DNA of 64,000 bases from Chloroflexota bacterium (GCA_030447745.1 JAUJOH010000010.1:35374-99373), one strand, 5' to 3'; positions 52,003 through 63,061 are shown, numbered from the stretch's first letter. Notes: generated from the sequence alone by a model not told the origin. Numbers and translations are program-made.

Positions 52003-54426
52003 TCACGCGTCGGACGCGGCCTCGGTGGCGTTGCGCCCGGTGGCAGCCTTCGCCCGACCACCGCTCCGTGCTCGTCCGGCACCCGCCGGAGCCCGACCGT
52101 TCCGGCGTCCGCCGCCACGCGCGGGACGCGCGAGCGCCTCGGGGTTCGGCGGCCCGCCCGTCAGTCGTCGGCCGGCGAGATCGCCGTCTGGCAGCACCAC
52201 GTCCGCGCCGCATTTCAGGCACAGCGCGCCGTCGCCCTTGCGTGCCACTGGACCGTCGTCCGAGTCATGGACGGCGCCCACCGGCTCCGAGTTGGTGGTG
52301 TAGTCGCACCTCGGGTAGTTCGAGCAACCCCAGAAGACGTTCCCGGTCCGCCGGGCGCGGCGCGGCACGAGGTGGCCGTCGCCGTTCTTCGGGCAGGTCA
52401 CCTCGAAGGGCAGCGGTTCGGGTGGCGGCGGGCCCTCCTTCCGGATGAAGTCGCACTCCGGATAACGTGAGCAGCCGACGAACGGGCCGAAACGGCCGCG
52501 CCTGGCGACGAGCGTCCCCTCGCCGCACCTCGGGCACGTCTCACCCTCGCCCTCCTGGGGCGGCGGCTCCTCGCCCGGCAGCGGCCGCGTCTCCTTGTGA
52601 TCCGGATACGTGGAGCAGGCGAGGAATCGGCCGTTGCGCCCAAGGCGGATGACCATCGAATGGCCCTCCGAGCAGACCTCGTCCGTCTCCTCCGTGGTGA
52701 AGTCCTTCCGCCGCAGCTCACGCCGCTTCTCGTCGACCCGGTCCCGCAGCGGGCCGTAGAAGCCGCGCAGCAGCGGCACCCATGCCCGCTCGCCGCGGGC
52801 GACCTCGTCGAGCTCGTCCTCCATCCGCGCCGTGAACGCCAGGTCGACGTAGTCGCCGAAGTGCTCCACGAGCAGGTCCGTGACGATCTCCCCGATCAGC
52901 TCCGGCCGGAGCCGGCGGTCCTCGACCCGCACGTACCCGCGGTCGAGGATCGTGGAGATCGTGGCCGCGTACGTCGACGGGCGGCCGATCCCGTGCTCCT
53001 CGAGCGCCTTGATCAGCGCCGCCTCCGTGAAGCGCGGCGGTGGCTCCGTGAAGTGCTGCGTTGGCTCGACCTCGCGGACCTCGGTCTCGTCACCCGCGGC
53101 AAGCTCCGGCAGGCGGCGCTCCTGCTCGTCTTCGGCACCGTCGTCGCGGCCCTCCGTGTAGACAGCCGAGAACCCGTCGAACAGCGTGCGAGTCGCGCTC
53201 GCGCGGAGATCGTAGGGCGCCGCGTCGAGCTCGACGATCGTCGTCTCCATCTCCTTCGACGCCATCTGCGAGGCGACGGCCCGCTGCCAGATCAGGCGGT
53301 AGAGCCGCAGCTCGTCTGGCTTGAGGTGGCCGGCCAGCGAGTCCGGGTCCCGCCGGAAGCTCGTCGGCCGGATCGACTCGTGCGCCTCCTGGGCCCCCTT
53401 CGCCTTGGTCCTGTAGACGCGGCCCTTGGGCATCGTGTAGCGGTCACCGAAACGCTGGCCGATGACCTCCCGGGCATCACGCATCGCGACGCCCGCGATG
53501 GCCGTGGAGTCCGTCCGCATGTAGGTGATCAGGCCGACGTGGCCGTCCGGCGTGTCGACGCCCTCGTACAGCCGCTGCGCGACGGACATCGTCCGCTTCG
53601 GGCTGTAACCGAGCTTCCGGCTCGCCTCCTGCTGGAGCGTCGAGGTCGTGAACGGCGGCGCGGGGTTGCGCTTGAGCGGCCGTGTCCCGACGCTGCGCAC
53701 GACGGGTCGCCGCTCCCGCAGCGCGGCGGCGTGGCGCTCGGCCGTCGCCGCGTCGCCGACGTCGATCGCTTGACCGTCGATCCGGACAAGATCCGCGCTG
53801 AACGTCTCGCCGGTCTGTGTCGCGAGCGTCGCCTCGAGCGTCCAGTACTCGCGGGCCACGAAGGCATTGATTGCCCGCTCGCGCTCGACGACGAGCCGCA
53901 CCGCGACGGACTGGACGCGGCCCGCGGACAGGCCGCCCCGGACCTTCCGGGACAGCAGCGGGCTGAGCGTGTAACCGACGAGCCGGTCGACGATCCGACG
54001 GGTCTGCTGGGCGTCGACGAGGTTCGTGTCGATGCCCCGCGGATGGTCGAAGGCGTCGCGGATCGCGCCCTCCGTGATCTCGCTGAAGATGACCCGGCGC
54101 GTCTTCTCGGCGGGCACGCCCGCGGCCTCCGCGACGTGCCACGCGATCGCCTCGCCCTCGCGGTCGAGGTCCGTGGCGAGATAGACGGTGTCTGCCCGCT
54201 TCGCCTCGCGCGCGATCGTGTCGACCTGCTTCCGGCGGTCGTCGCTGACCACGTACTCCGGCTCGAAATCGCGGTCGACGTCCACGCCGAACTTGCCCTT
54301 GCCGGGATTGTCCGGCAGGTCACGGACGTGGCCGTACGAGGCCACGACGCGGTAGTCGCCGCCGAGATAGCGTTCGATCGTCCGCGCCTTGGCAGGCGAT
54401 TCCACGATCACGAGGTGCCTGGGCAT
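52003..54426 (-). CDS. topA: DNA topoisomerase I with C-terminal zinc ribbons
   Basis: LVIVESPAKARTI, ATDLDREGEAI, SAGRVQS, ITYMRTDS, AHESIRPT, GIGRPSTY, FVGCSRYPEC. Confidence 0.96.
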   Translation of the reverse strand: MPRHLVIVESPAKARTIERYLGGDYRVVASYGHVRDLPDNPGKGKFGVDVDRDFEPEYVVSDDRRKQVDTIAREAKRADTVYLATDLDREGEAIAWHVAEAAGVPAEKTRRVIFSEITEGAIRDAFDHPRGIDTNLVDAQQTRRIVDRLVGYTLSPLLSRKVRGGLSAGRVQSVAVRLVVERERAINAFVAREYWTLEATLATQTGETFSADLVRIDGQAIDVGDAATAERHAAALRERRPVVRSVGTRPLKRNPAPPFTTSTLQQEASRKLGYSPKRTMSVAQRLYEGVDTPDGHVGLITYMRTDSTAIAGVAMRDAREVIGQRFGDRYTMPKGRVYRTKAKGAQEAHESIRPTSFRRDPDSLAGHLKPDELRLYRLIWQRAVASQMASKEMETTIVELDAAPYDLRASATRTLFDGFSAVYTEGRDDGAEDEQERRLPELAAGDETEVREVEPTQHFTEPPPRFTEAALIKALEEHGIGRPSTYAATISTILDRGYVRVEDRRLRPELIGEIVTDLLVEHFGDYVDLAFTARMEDELDEVARGERAWVPLLRGFYGPLRDRVDEKRRELRRKDFTTEETDEVCSEGHSMVIRLGRNGRFLACSTYPDHKETRPLPGEEPPPQEGEGETCPRCGEGTLVARRGRFGPFVGCSRYPECDFIRKEGPPPPEPLPFEVTCPKNGDGHLVPRRARRTGNVFWGCSNYPRCDYTTNSEPVGAVHDSDDGPVARKGDGALCLKCGADVVLPDGDLAGRRLTGGPPNPEALARPARGGGRRNGRAPAGAGRARSGGRAKAATGRNATEAASDA

Positions 54427-54433
54427 CGGCCGG

Positions 54434-54442
54434 AGTCTAGCA
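54434..54442 (-). promoter_or_regulatory. Extended -10 (TGcTAGACT) 7 nt before the topA ATG
   Basis: TGn plus TAnnnT, leaderless-type spacing. Confidence 0.55.
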
Positions 54443-54566
54443 CCGGCCCCTTGGCGCTCAGTCACCTCCGAGGCACCGTGCCAGCTGGATCGCCCGCCCT
54501 AACCGAGGTGCGGGGCGGGATCGGCCAGGGGCGGGATCGGCGACGCCATCCCGCATCGGCGGACCG

Positions 54567-55851
54567 TCATCCGCCCGGCTGCCGGCGAACGGACCCGTCG
54601 ACCCGTGCCGCGAGCAACCCGGCCGGTCGATAGCGTCCGTACGCGTCGACCACCAGCCCGCGCATCTCGAGCATGGTGAGCGCGGTCAGGACCGACGAGA
54701 CCGGGAGCGCGGTGGCCGCGACCAGCTCGTCCACGGTCGTATGGCCGGCCAGCAGCTGTCCCGCCACCGTCCGCGGCACCTCGCCGACCTCGCCGAGCGA
54801 GGCCGCGACGGAGCGCGGGACGACGTGCCACCGTCGAGGTCGGTCCGGACCAGGTCGAGATCCTCGAGCAGCTGCGATACGCCGGCCACGATCCCGGCCA
54901 CGCCCGGCGCGTCACGGAGGAGCGACAGGCAGCCCGCGCTCGTCAGGCGGTCGATCGGCCCCGGAACGACGAAGCAGTGACGTCCCTGCTCGAGCGCCCA
55001 GTGGGCCGTGACGAGTGCGCCGCTGCGCGCGCCGGCCTCGACCACGACCGTGGCGTCCGACAGGCCGCTGATGATCCGGTTTCGGCGCGGAAACGTCCCA
55101 CGCGTCGGCTCGACGTCCGGCGGCAGCTCGGACACGACCGCGCCGCCGCCGTCGATGATCGCGTCGACCAGCCGCCGATGCGACCGCGGGAACAGCCGCT
55201 CGTGCCCACCGCCGAGCACGGCCACCGTCGTGCCGCCCTCGGCGAGGCACGCGGCGTGCGCGGCACCGTCGATGCCCACCGCAAGACCGGAAACGACCGC
55301 TGCGCCGGCCCGCGTGACGGCGCCCGCGATCCGGGCGGCGGTCAGCCGACCCGCCTCCGACGGGCGGCGCGTCCCGACCACCGCCACGGCGCGGGCCGTG
55401 CCAAGGGCGGCGCGATCGCCGCGGAGGAACAGGACGTGGGGCGGCACCTCGATCGCCCGGAGGCGGGGCGGGTAGTCCTCGTCGTCGAGCGTGACGAGGC
55501 CCACGCCGGAGCGGTCGATCCCGGCCAGCGTCGCCTCCGCGCTGCGGGCCGAGGCAACGACCGCGCGGATCACCCCGTCGGTGCCTGTCGCTCCGCCGAG
55601 CTGGCGGCGTCGGCAAGCGACGCCTCGTCGCCGCGTGCTGCGGCCTCGAGGACTGCTCGTGCCGAGCCCACGGCCGAGACGAGACGCCCCAGGGTGATCG
55701 GACCGAGGCCGTCGACGCTCACCAGGACGGCAAGCGCCTGCCGTTCCGTCAGGCCACCGGGCGAAGCGTCCGGCGGCCCCGCCGGCTCGGATGGCGCCGG
55801 CCGGATGGCGAGACCCGGCCCCAGAGGTCTGGTGCGGCCGACCCCCAGCAT
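54567..55851 (-). CDS. dprA: DNA-processing protein DprA (frameshifts near 55572 and 54790)
   Basis: VDGLGP, YPPRL, VVGTRR, SGLAVGIDG.AH, FPRRNRIISG, VVEA..RSGAL.TA, C-terminal LTMLEMRG. Confidence 0.9.
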
Positions 55852-57191
55852 CAGCTGGCCATCCGCTGCGCCAGCCTGCTTGCCGGCGGTCGCGCGCGGC
55901 CTCCTCGAGGTGGACCGCCTCGACGGATTCCGAACTGGCCAGGTCCGCGATGGTCCGAGCGACGCGGATCAGGCGCTCGGTCCCCGCCCGGACAGGCGCT
56001 CCAGCTCCGCGAGGTCCACGGCACGCCGCTCCGCGGTCGGTCCATCCTTGCCGCCACCCGGAGCGCCCGGCCGCGGACGCGGGCGTTGAGTGCCCCTGGC
56101 GGTCGTCCCGCCTGGCGCAGTCGGGCGGCCGCGATCCGCTCGGCGACCACGCTCGACGTCTCGGGCGTCGCCCCGGTCACGAGCGCGGTGGCCGGGACGC
56201 GCGGCATCGTGGCCCAGATGTCGATCCGGTCGCGCAGCGGTCCGAGATGCGGGCGGCATATCGGTCCGCCACGGTGTCCGGGCACCGGCACTCCGGGTGT
56301 GCCGGCGAGGCCGCACGGGCACGGGTTCATCGCCGCCACGAGCTGGAAGCGGGCCGGGAAGATCGTCGCGCGCCCGACCCTCGAAGATGGCGACGCGCCT
56401 GGCGGAGGGCCTCGATGACGGCGACGGCCGAACTCCCGGCAGCTCGTCGAGGAACAGGGTCGCGTCTGCCAGGGTCACCTCGCCCGGCGAGAGCCGCGGC
56501 CCCCCGCCGACCATCGCCGCGTAGGAGAGCGTGTGGTGTGGGGCGCGGAACGGCGGCCGCCGAACGAGTGTCCGCACGGGCCCGTTGCCGGACACCGACG
56601 CGATGACGGTCGCGGTCAGCGCGGCGCTGTCGCCGAGCGGCGGCAGCACGCCGGGAATCGTCCGTGCCAGGAGCGTCTTGCCGGAGCCGGGCGGCCCGAT
56701 CAGCAGGATCCCGTGCCCGCCGGCGAGCGCGATCTCCAGCGCCCGCCGCGCCTCGAGCTGCCCATGCACCTCGGCCAGATCCGGCACGACGTCTCCCCCA
56801 ATGGCGTCCGGCGGCACGGCGGCCGGTGCCTCGCGTCCCGCCGCCTCGATCCGCTCCGGCGCTCCCCGCGACCGCCGACGCGAACGGCTCGAGCGGACGA
56901 CGTCGACGGCCGCGCCGAGCGACGCCACCGCGACCACGTCCACGCTGTCCGCGAGACGGGCCTCGTCCGCGGCCGCCGCCGGCACCACCACGCGGGTGGC
57001 GCCGCGACGCGCCAGCGCAGCGACCATCGGCAGCACGCCCGGCACGACCCGCACCTCGCCACCGAGCGACAGCTCGCCGATGAGCGCCAGACCTCCGGGT
57101 GCGGCGTGCACCTGCTCAGAGCCGAGAAGGATCCCGATCGCGATCGCGAGGTCAATGGACGACCCGGCCTTGCGCAGGTCCGCCGGGGCGA
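55851..57191 (-). pseudogene. comM: ComM/YifB Mg-chelatase-like ATPase, 5'-truncated by an insertion (also frameshifted)
   Basis: Starts mid-gene at APADLRKAGSSIDLAIAIGIL; GELSLGG, GPPGSGKT, PFRAPHH, LFLDEL, AAMNPCPCG. An in-frame TAG lies just upstream in foreign sequence. Confidence 0.88.
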
Positions 57192-57288
57192 ATAGTGAGA
57201 TATGGCGCTAGGTTGCTTGATCGCAGGGGCGGCATGAGGTACCCAGTCGCGGGCGGTCTCAGACGGCTCCGCTAGACGCTGTGGTCGG

Positions 57289-57798
57289 CTACCGATCGGG
57301 CCGGTACGGCGCCTTGGCGTCGATGCTGCCGACGAACTGCGGCAGGCGAGCGTGACCGAGCTGCTGGCGGATGGCGGCATTCTCGCCGGTGTGGAACCAG
57401 TAGTGGTAGATGACCCGCTGGAGCAGGTCGCCGTAGCGGCGCTTGAGCTCCGACCCGCCGCTGATGACGTGGCGCTCCAGATCGTCGCTCGTCAGCGTGT
57501 CGAGCCAGGGATCGGCGGCCGCAGCGAGCGCGCGCCAGGCATCGAGCACGCGCTGCAGCGGCGGCGTGCTGGCCGGCCCACCGGAGGCGAACTCGCGGTC
57601 GATGTCCGGAAAGGGCCGCTGGCCACTCGGCCAGGTGACGAAGTACTGCTGCTCTTGCCAAGCGAGATGGCCGACGTTCCAGCTGATGGAGTTCATCGGT
57701 CCGATGCGTCGGCGGGCATCGTCATCGGTGACTCCGCGGATGCCACGGATGAACTCGGTGCGTGTGAACCGCAGTTGGTCGACGAGCGGGTGCGGCAT
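57289..57798 (-). CDS. DinB family protein
   Basis: LVDQLRFTR...NSISWNVGHLAWQE...IYHYWFHTGE. Confidence 0.85.
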   Translation of the reverse strand: MPHPLVDQLRFTRTEFIRGIRGVTDDDARRRIGPMNSISWNVGHLAWQEQQYFVTWPSGQRPFPDIDREFASGGPASTPPLQRVLDAWRALAAAADPWLDTLTSDDLERHVISGGSELKRRYGDLLQRVIYHYWFHTGENAAIRQQLGHARLPQFVGSIDAKAPYRPDR

Positions 57799-57884
57799 GC
57801 GACGATCCTCTCACCCATTGTTGGCAGCGTCTGGCAGGAATCCCGATCAGACTTGCACGCGCACGGTAGATGGGAGGGGCAGCA

Positions 57885-58380
57885 GTGAACCCTGGCTCGT
57901 CGAGATGATGCGCTACAACGCGTGGGCGAACCGGACGCTGTTGGATGCCTGCCGAGAGCTGACCGACCAGCAGCTCGATGCCCGTCTTCCGGTCACGTCG
58001 GGATCCAGCCGTGAACTGCTGATCCACATCATCGGCGGCCAGCAGACATTCGCGCTGCGCACGAGGGGTCGCCAGCATGAGGGGGAGCTGCATCGGGGCA
58101 GTGCCTGGCCGGGTATGGACGAGATCATCCGACTGGCCGCGAGCACGAACGAGGAGCTCATCTCGATGCCGAGCAGCTCGACCCTGAGCATGAGACCGAT
58201 CTCCCGTACCTCGGCACTGTGTATCGGTATCCAACTCGCTTCTTCCTCGTCCATGCGGCCGCGCACGGGGTCGAGCACCGCGCCGAGGTGAAGCTCAACC
58301 TCGCGCACATCGGCGTCGACACGCCCGATATGGACGGCTGGGCCTACGGTGAAGCGACCGGATACGGTGCCGAAGTCTGA
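57885..58380 (+). CDS. DinB family protein (frameshifted)
   Basis: RYNAWANRTLL..C..LTDQQL...LIHI / HAAAHGVEHRAEV...PDMDGW. GGAGG upstream. Confidence 0.75.
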
Positions 58381-58499
58381 CTGCGGACGGTGTGGCACGC
58401 CAGGACGCCGCAGGCTAGCGGCCGCTCGCTCCCATCATTCGGTTCTCGCGACGGGCTGTGCCGCACGAATGGCTCGCGGCATCCGCCTAAGATCACATG

Positions 58500-58856
58500 T
58501 CAGGGTGATTGCTGGTGGAGGAGCAGCTTCCACTCGCCGTTCCGTCGGACATAGACGCTCGACATCGCCGCTTCGTATCGCGCCTGGCCCGGCCGTTCGC
58601 CCACGGCCTTATAGGTGATCAACGCGACGTCATCGTCGCCAGTGACGCGGACAGCGCTCAACTCATAGCTAGACCATGGAGCGACTTGGGGGATGGTGCC
58701 GAGCGAAGCCTTCTTGTCCATCACCATGCCGGGGAAGACCATCAGTCCCTCCTCGGCCATGATGTCCTCGTAGAACGCCGCTCCGCCCGGACCGGACAGC
58801 GCATCCCAGCCTTGGCGCTCTAGCCCGTCTACCTCGGCGCGCAGTGCGTCGTTCAC
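58500..58856 (-). CDS. DUF4440/SnoaL-like protein
   Basis: LERQGWDALS...ITY.A...YEAAMSSVYVRRNGEWKLLLHQQSP. Confidence 0.8.
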   Translation of the reverse strand: MNDALRAEVDGLERQGWDALSGPGGAAFYEDIMAEEGLMVFPGMVMDKKASLGTIPQVAPWSSYELSAVRVTGDDDVALITYKAVGERPGQARYEAAMSSVYVRRNGEWKLLLHQQSP

Positions 58857-58883
58857 ACCGCGAGTATGTGCAAGCGTCTTGCC

Positions 58884-58945
58884 CTAAGTCCAGCAGTGCC
58901 GGGATCTCCTCGCAGGTCCAGATATGGTCCGCGGCGCCTGCGGCG
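58884..58945 (-). mobile_element. Transposase C-terminal remnant (IS1-like/DDE)
   Basis: AAGAADHIWTCEEIPALLD resembles the TPAMAAG.xDH.W..EE tail of IS1-related transposases. Confidence 0.45.
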
Positions 58946-59059
58946 TCGTCCGCCGAGTCGCCTGACACGCATTTATGAAGGAGCGGCCGGTGTCAATGGG
59001 CGTCGCTCGATCGGCTCATCGATGCTCCGAGCGGCCAATGCGGCTGGCAGAATCGACGG

Positions 59060-59455
59060 ATGTTCGCCGTCGAGAATCGTGAACGCGTTCGAGATCATGT
59101 GCTGGCCCGAGCTCACTCGGATCCCGCCATCGTCGCCGCGGCCTTCGTCGGGTCCTTCGCCGGAGGCACGGACGATCGCTGGTCGGACCTGGATCTGACG
59201 TTCGCAGTAGCAGAGGGCCAGGCGGTTGATGAAGTCCTCGAGGAGTGGACTCGCTGGTTCTCACGAGACTTCGAGGCGCTCCGGCTCTTCGACTGGCCGG
59301 TGCCGCCCACCATCTATCGGGTGTTCCTCTTGCCGGGCAGCCTGCAGGTTGATCTCTCGTTCACGGCCGTCAAGCTGGGCCGCGAAGTGGTTATCGGCCA
59401 GCCCGCCACTCACGACGTCCGGGCGGGGGGTGCAGGTTTGCGTGATAGAGGCTAG
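59060..59455 (+). pseudogene. Nucleotidyltransferase-domain protein, apparently truncated
   Basis: VGSFAGG..DRWSDLDL Pol-beta-like motif. Protein-like sequence appears to end after QVDLSF. Confidence 0.65.
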
Positions 59456-59789
59456 CCCGGGCACAACCCGCCCTCCTTATCGAGTATTGCTTGCCGCCGC
59501 GCTTCCGGCTCCTGGAATTGGCTGTTCGAGGGCAGGGCGCATCCCCGCGCCCGAAGGGTACCCGCTTTCACTTACGTGTCGCAGAGAGCAGGACCATGGA
59601 GCAACTGAGCGGGATTCGAATCAGGGGACGGAGGCCGCTCGATCGTGGTGACCGGCGTGCCAATGCGACAGCAGATAACTCGACGCTCTACGCCCCCCAC
59701 CCACGCACGGTGCTACAGCGCATCGGCCGGGATGGTCCGAGGTTAGCAAGCCAGTCACTAACCACCGTTAGTGGCGGCGCTGGCAGTTC

Positions 59790-60011
59790 ATGACGCACAC
59801 CGACCTGCGCTTGAGGGCCGACGGCCTCGACTTCTGGGTCGACGTACACGTTCACCCTTCGACGGCGGATGGCTGGCGGTGGCCGACCTCGCCGGCGAGC
59901 CGGAGCTTCGGTGGGCATACGAGGCGGCCGGTGCCGTCAAGACGGCCGCCGGGCTTGGCCCGGTCGCCCGCCGTCGCTGCTGTGGCTCAACGGGAGCTTA
60001 GCGACCAATAG
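59790..60011 (+). CDS. Small hypothetical protein (frameshifted)
   Basis: MTHTDLRLRADGLDFWVDV / FDGGWLAVADLAGEPE in adjacent frames. Confidence 0.35.
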   Translation: MTHTDLRLRADGLDFWVDVHVHPSTADGWRWPTSPASRSFGGHTRRPVPSRRPPGLARSPAVAAVAQRELSDQ

Positions 60012-60129
60012 GCATCACGTACGTATCCTAGGCGACCACTTTTCCTCTTACCCAGAGGGTCGCAGTGCGCTAATTCACTACGCAACCAGTTTTTGCGATC
60101 ACTCGCTGCGGCTCCTGGAGAGCCTCTTA

Positions 60130-60993
60130 TCGCCGAGGCGAACGCACTTCATCTCGCGACGGTCGTGAAACCGCGCGGTCGAGTCGGCTTGTTGGCCGAC
60201 TTCTTGCCCGCGGCCCCACGAATCTCCTCCACGGACACCGAGTCTCCGAATAGCAGCCGGGCCTGTCATCCATGGAGTCCCTGAACATCGCCTGCCTTCG
60301 TCAACGTCAATCCTGCTTGTGACAAGCTGCTCCTGACGCAACTCAGCGCGCCGCGTCCGTCCGGCGCCACAATCATCGAACGGCTGTTCTGATACGGGTC
60401 CAAGGCTGCATTACAGGATGCGAACCAGATGGTGTTCTCTGCCGCACGCGTAACAATCATCGAATGGTGATCCAACTTCGCGCGGCGGTGTGTGGTGTTG
60501 TTCTGAGGATGGAAGACGATCTGTGCGCCCTGGCGAACGATCAGCAGTGGTCGCGGCGAACGGAAGCCTTCGAAGCAGATAACAACACCAACTCGGACCC
60601 CTTGGATATCGAAGGTCTCAATCGAGCCTCCGGCCGAGTACGCCAGGGCGTCTAAGGGCGTGAGTTTTGTCTTGTGGTGGTGCCCTGCAGGATCCCGCAG
60701 GTCCTATGACCACCGCAGAGTTGTATCTGTGCCATCCGCCAGATTTGGCGTCTCCGTACCAAGAATGCAACCGATCCTCGTTGGGCACATCGCATGGCGA
60801 GCTGTGCAGGGATGATGCGGCGGGGCTTGGCGCCCGCGGATCGACAATGTCGACGGTAACCGACGGTTTGCGCGGAAAGCACAGGATGTCAACTCCAGGC
60901 CACATAGTCTATGTACCGCAGGATCGTTTCGGCGTTCGCATCGAAGTCATTCGTCTGACGGACCTGCGCGAGTCCGATCGTCAGCGGGCGCAT
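60130..60993 (-). pseudogene. Carbon-nitrogen hydrolase (nitrilase superfamily), multiply frameshifted; 3' end approximate
   Basis: MRPLTIGLAQV..., DILCFP, YNSAVVIGP.G, VVICFEG, TRAAENTIWFASCN, SMIVAPDG. Confidence 0.75.
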
Positions 60994-61633
60994 TACCGAT
61001 CGGCCCTCTTCAGACCGATTTTTATGAATGTCGTATCACGGGAGAAGATGTCCCCGCTCAGCATCCCAGCACGTTCGGCGATCCGCCAGAACGCGTAGTC
61101 AGCCAGTTCAACGACGGTTGCTTCTAAGCTTCTAACGACCGTTTCCGCTTCGCCACCTGTCGTGTGATACCCGGCGGCGTGAGCGACTGCTTCCGGAAGA
61201 CCGTCGTCAGAGCCACATGGACTCCGTATGCGGGATGGCGGATCGCCGGTAGCCCTGCAGCGGCGGGGTCCGCCCTCCATGATTGTCGGGGTCATATTCG
61301 AAGGCTTTGCCAACGTCATGACATAAGGAGGAAGCGACAAGAATGTCGCGGTCGATCCTCGTCGCGCCTGTCACTTCTTCAAGCCCGTCCGCCATCCTGT
61401 CGAGCCGTCGCTCGCAAGTGATCTGCCTGAGATAGGTGCGTCAGGACCGCAGTCCCAGGGACACCCGAGGCTGGAATGTCCTCGATGCGCCGGAACGACG
61501 TTCGGCTCAAAGCGAAGACCCATGCCTCAATGACCTTGGTCCGAAGCGCGTCATCCTGAATGAGATCCAGCTCCGGCAGGCTTGCCTTCACACCGGATCG
61601 GAGCTCCGCCTCTCGACTGTCTTCCTCAGTCAT
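60993..61633 (-). CDS. HD-domain protein (frameshifted)
   Basis: LPELDLI.D..LR.KV.EAW...QADHLR / LCHDVGKAFEY / HAAGYH...ELAD. Confidence 0.7.
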
Positions 61634-61656
61634 CTAGATCCTCCAGTCATCCCTCG

Positions 61657-62994
61657 CTAAAAGTAAGTGCGTATTGCTCCCGTAATGCTGCCGTCCGGGC
61701 GAGCCGTGAAGAGGGTCCGCCAGCGGTCGAATGCTGAGCACGGATGAGAAACACCCAACGCAACGATGTCGGTGACGCCTACTCGTGACCCCGACGGCAC
61801 TTCGAGATAAGCGTGGTGGTCGTCCAAGCGTCGGATTCTGTAGCGCGAGTCGACAGCACCGTGGCTGCCGTCCGAACGGATCACGGTGAGTGGCACCGGA
61901 AGCCCGGCATCATAGGGGGCGTCGCGCCGCCCCAACAGCAGGATCGCCAGGCGCTCTTCAGGCCGCGATATCACCGGTGCCCACAAAGTGAGAGCCGCCC
62001 GAAGTCCGTCGCCCGATGGTCGGTAACGTCGACTTCCGAGAGGCGACATTTTGTCGTAGATCCCGGAGTCGTGGGCGATATATGCCCCCGAGCGCAGGAT
62101 CAACTGCATGTCATCGGTAGCAAAGTCGGCGTACTCCGCGACGACGATGTCGAAGTACGCACTACCACCCGCGGAAACCAGGAACGGCTCAACATCTCGG
62201 GCCAGCGGCCGGAGCATGTTTGCGATCACCCCGAGCTCGCGTAGATAGTCTCGGACGGGGTCTGGAGTCGCTGGCTGGCTTTGCCGGCGCGTGATTGTGC
62301 CCTCAAACCCAGCGACGCCGGCCAGCACAAGGTGTCTACTCTGCTCCACCTCGCGTGCGATTGCCACGGCCGTGGCTGGGTATCGAACGCCCGTCCGTCC
62401 GCCGTCTTGACCAACCTCAAGCAGCACCGGAAGTCGGCGAGGCGTACCGCTAAGGCGCTCGTCGAGCATTCGTACACCGTCGATGCTATCGACAAAGACA
62501 ATGACTTCCGTGAGGCGCTCGCCGACGAGTTGCTCGCGCAGATAGCGCGTGTCATGGCTGGTGGCGACCTCGGTTGCGACCACCACTCTAGGAACGCCGA
62601 AGGCCTCGCAGACGGCCAGCTGAGGAATGGTTGCAACGGTGATCGCCCAAGCGCCCGCCCGGAGTTGCTCCGCGAAGATCTGCGGCGCCATCGTCGTCTT
62701 GCCGTGTGGAGCCAGCCAAGCGTTGTGTTCGTCAGCGTACCGCTGCATGACGACCGCGTTGTTGAGCAGGGCATCCGAATCCAGGGTTAGGAGGGGGAGC
62801 GGAACGTCCGTCGAACCGACGTACCAACCCTGCCGCCCTACCTCGCTCAGCGCTATCGGCGCCTTGTGAGCAGTTGCTCGGTCAATGGCAGGCATCGGGC
62901 TATCAAGGAGCCCCTCGATTGCCGCCTCGACAACTGGCGTGGACCCGTGGGGTCTCGGTTCGAAGTGGAGTTGTTTCTTCGACGGATCCGCCAT
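61657..62994 (-). CDS. PLP-dependent D-amino acid deaminase / D-serine dehydratase-like (alanine racemase fold)
   Basis: APHGKTTMAPQ, GAWAITVAT, GRTG.R, AGFEG, SAGGSAYFD, LRSGAY..HD, DHH, SHPCSAFDRW. Confidence 0.88.
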   Translation of the reverse strand: MADPSKKQLHFEPRPHGSTPVVEAAIEGLLDSPMPAIDRATAHKAPIALSEVGRQGWYVGSTDVPLPLLTLDSDALLNNAVVMQRYADEHNAWLAPHGKTTMAPQIFAEQLRAGAWAITVATIPQLAVCEAFGVPRVVVATEVATSHDTRYLREQLVGERLTEVIVFVDSIDGVRMLDERLSGTPRRLPVLLEVGQDGGRTGVRYPATAVAIAREVEQSRHLVLAGVAGFEGTITRRQSQPATPDPVRDYLRELGVIANMLRPLARDVEPFLVSAGGSAYFDIVVAEYADFATDDMQLILRSGAYIAHDSGIYDKMSPLGSRRYRPSGDGLRAALTLWAPVISRPEERLAILLLGRRDAPYDAGLPVPLTVIRSDGSHGAVDSRYRIRRLDDHHAYLEVPSGSRVGVTDIVALGVSHPCSAFDRWRTLFTARPDGSITGAIRTYF

Positions 62995-63061
62995 AGCCCT
63001 TCAAGCTTGACAGGGAAGGAGGTCACAGCCTACCATCCCCGCAGGTCGCTATACGAGCAAT

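Noticed and set aside
1..57000. Very long plus-strand ORFs (e.g. 12748-15696, 38656-41376, 41990-45610, 31387-33606)
   Set aside because: Antisense shadows of real minus-strand genes in very high-GC DNA; Arg/Pro/Gly-rich with no motifs.
59596..59625. tRNA 3' end on the minus strand (TTCGAATCCCGCTCAGTTGCTCCA)
   Set aside because: No complementary 5' T-stem or cloverleaf, and the spacing to CCA is off by one. At best an unrecognisable relic.
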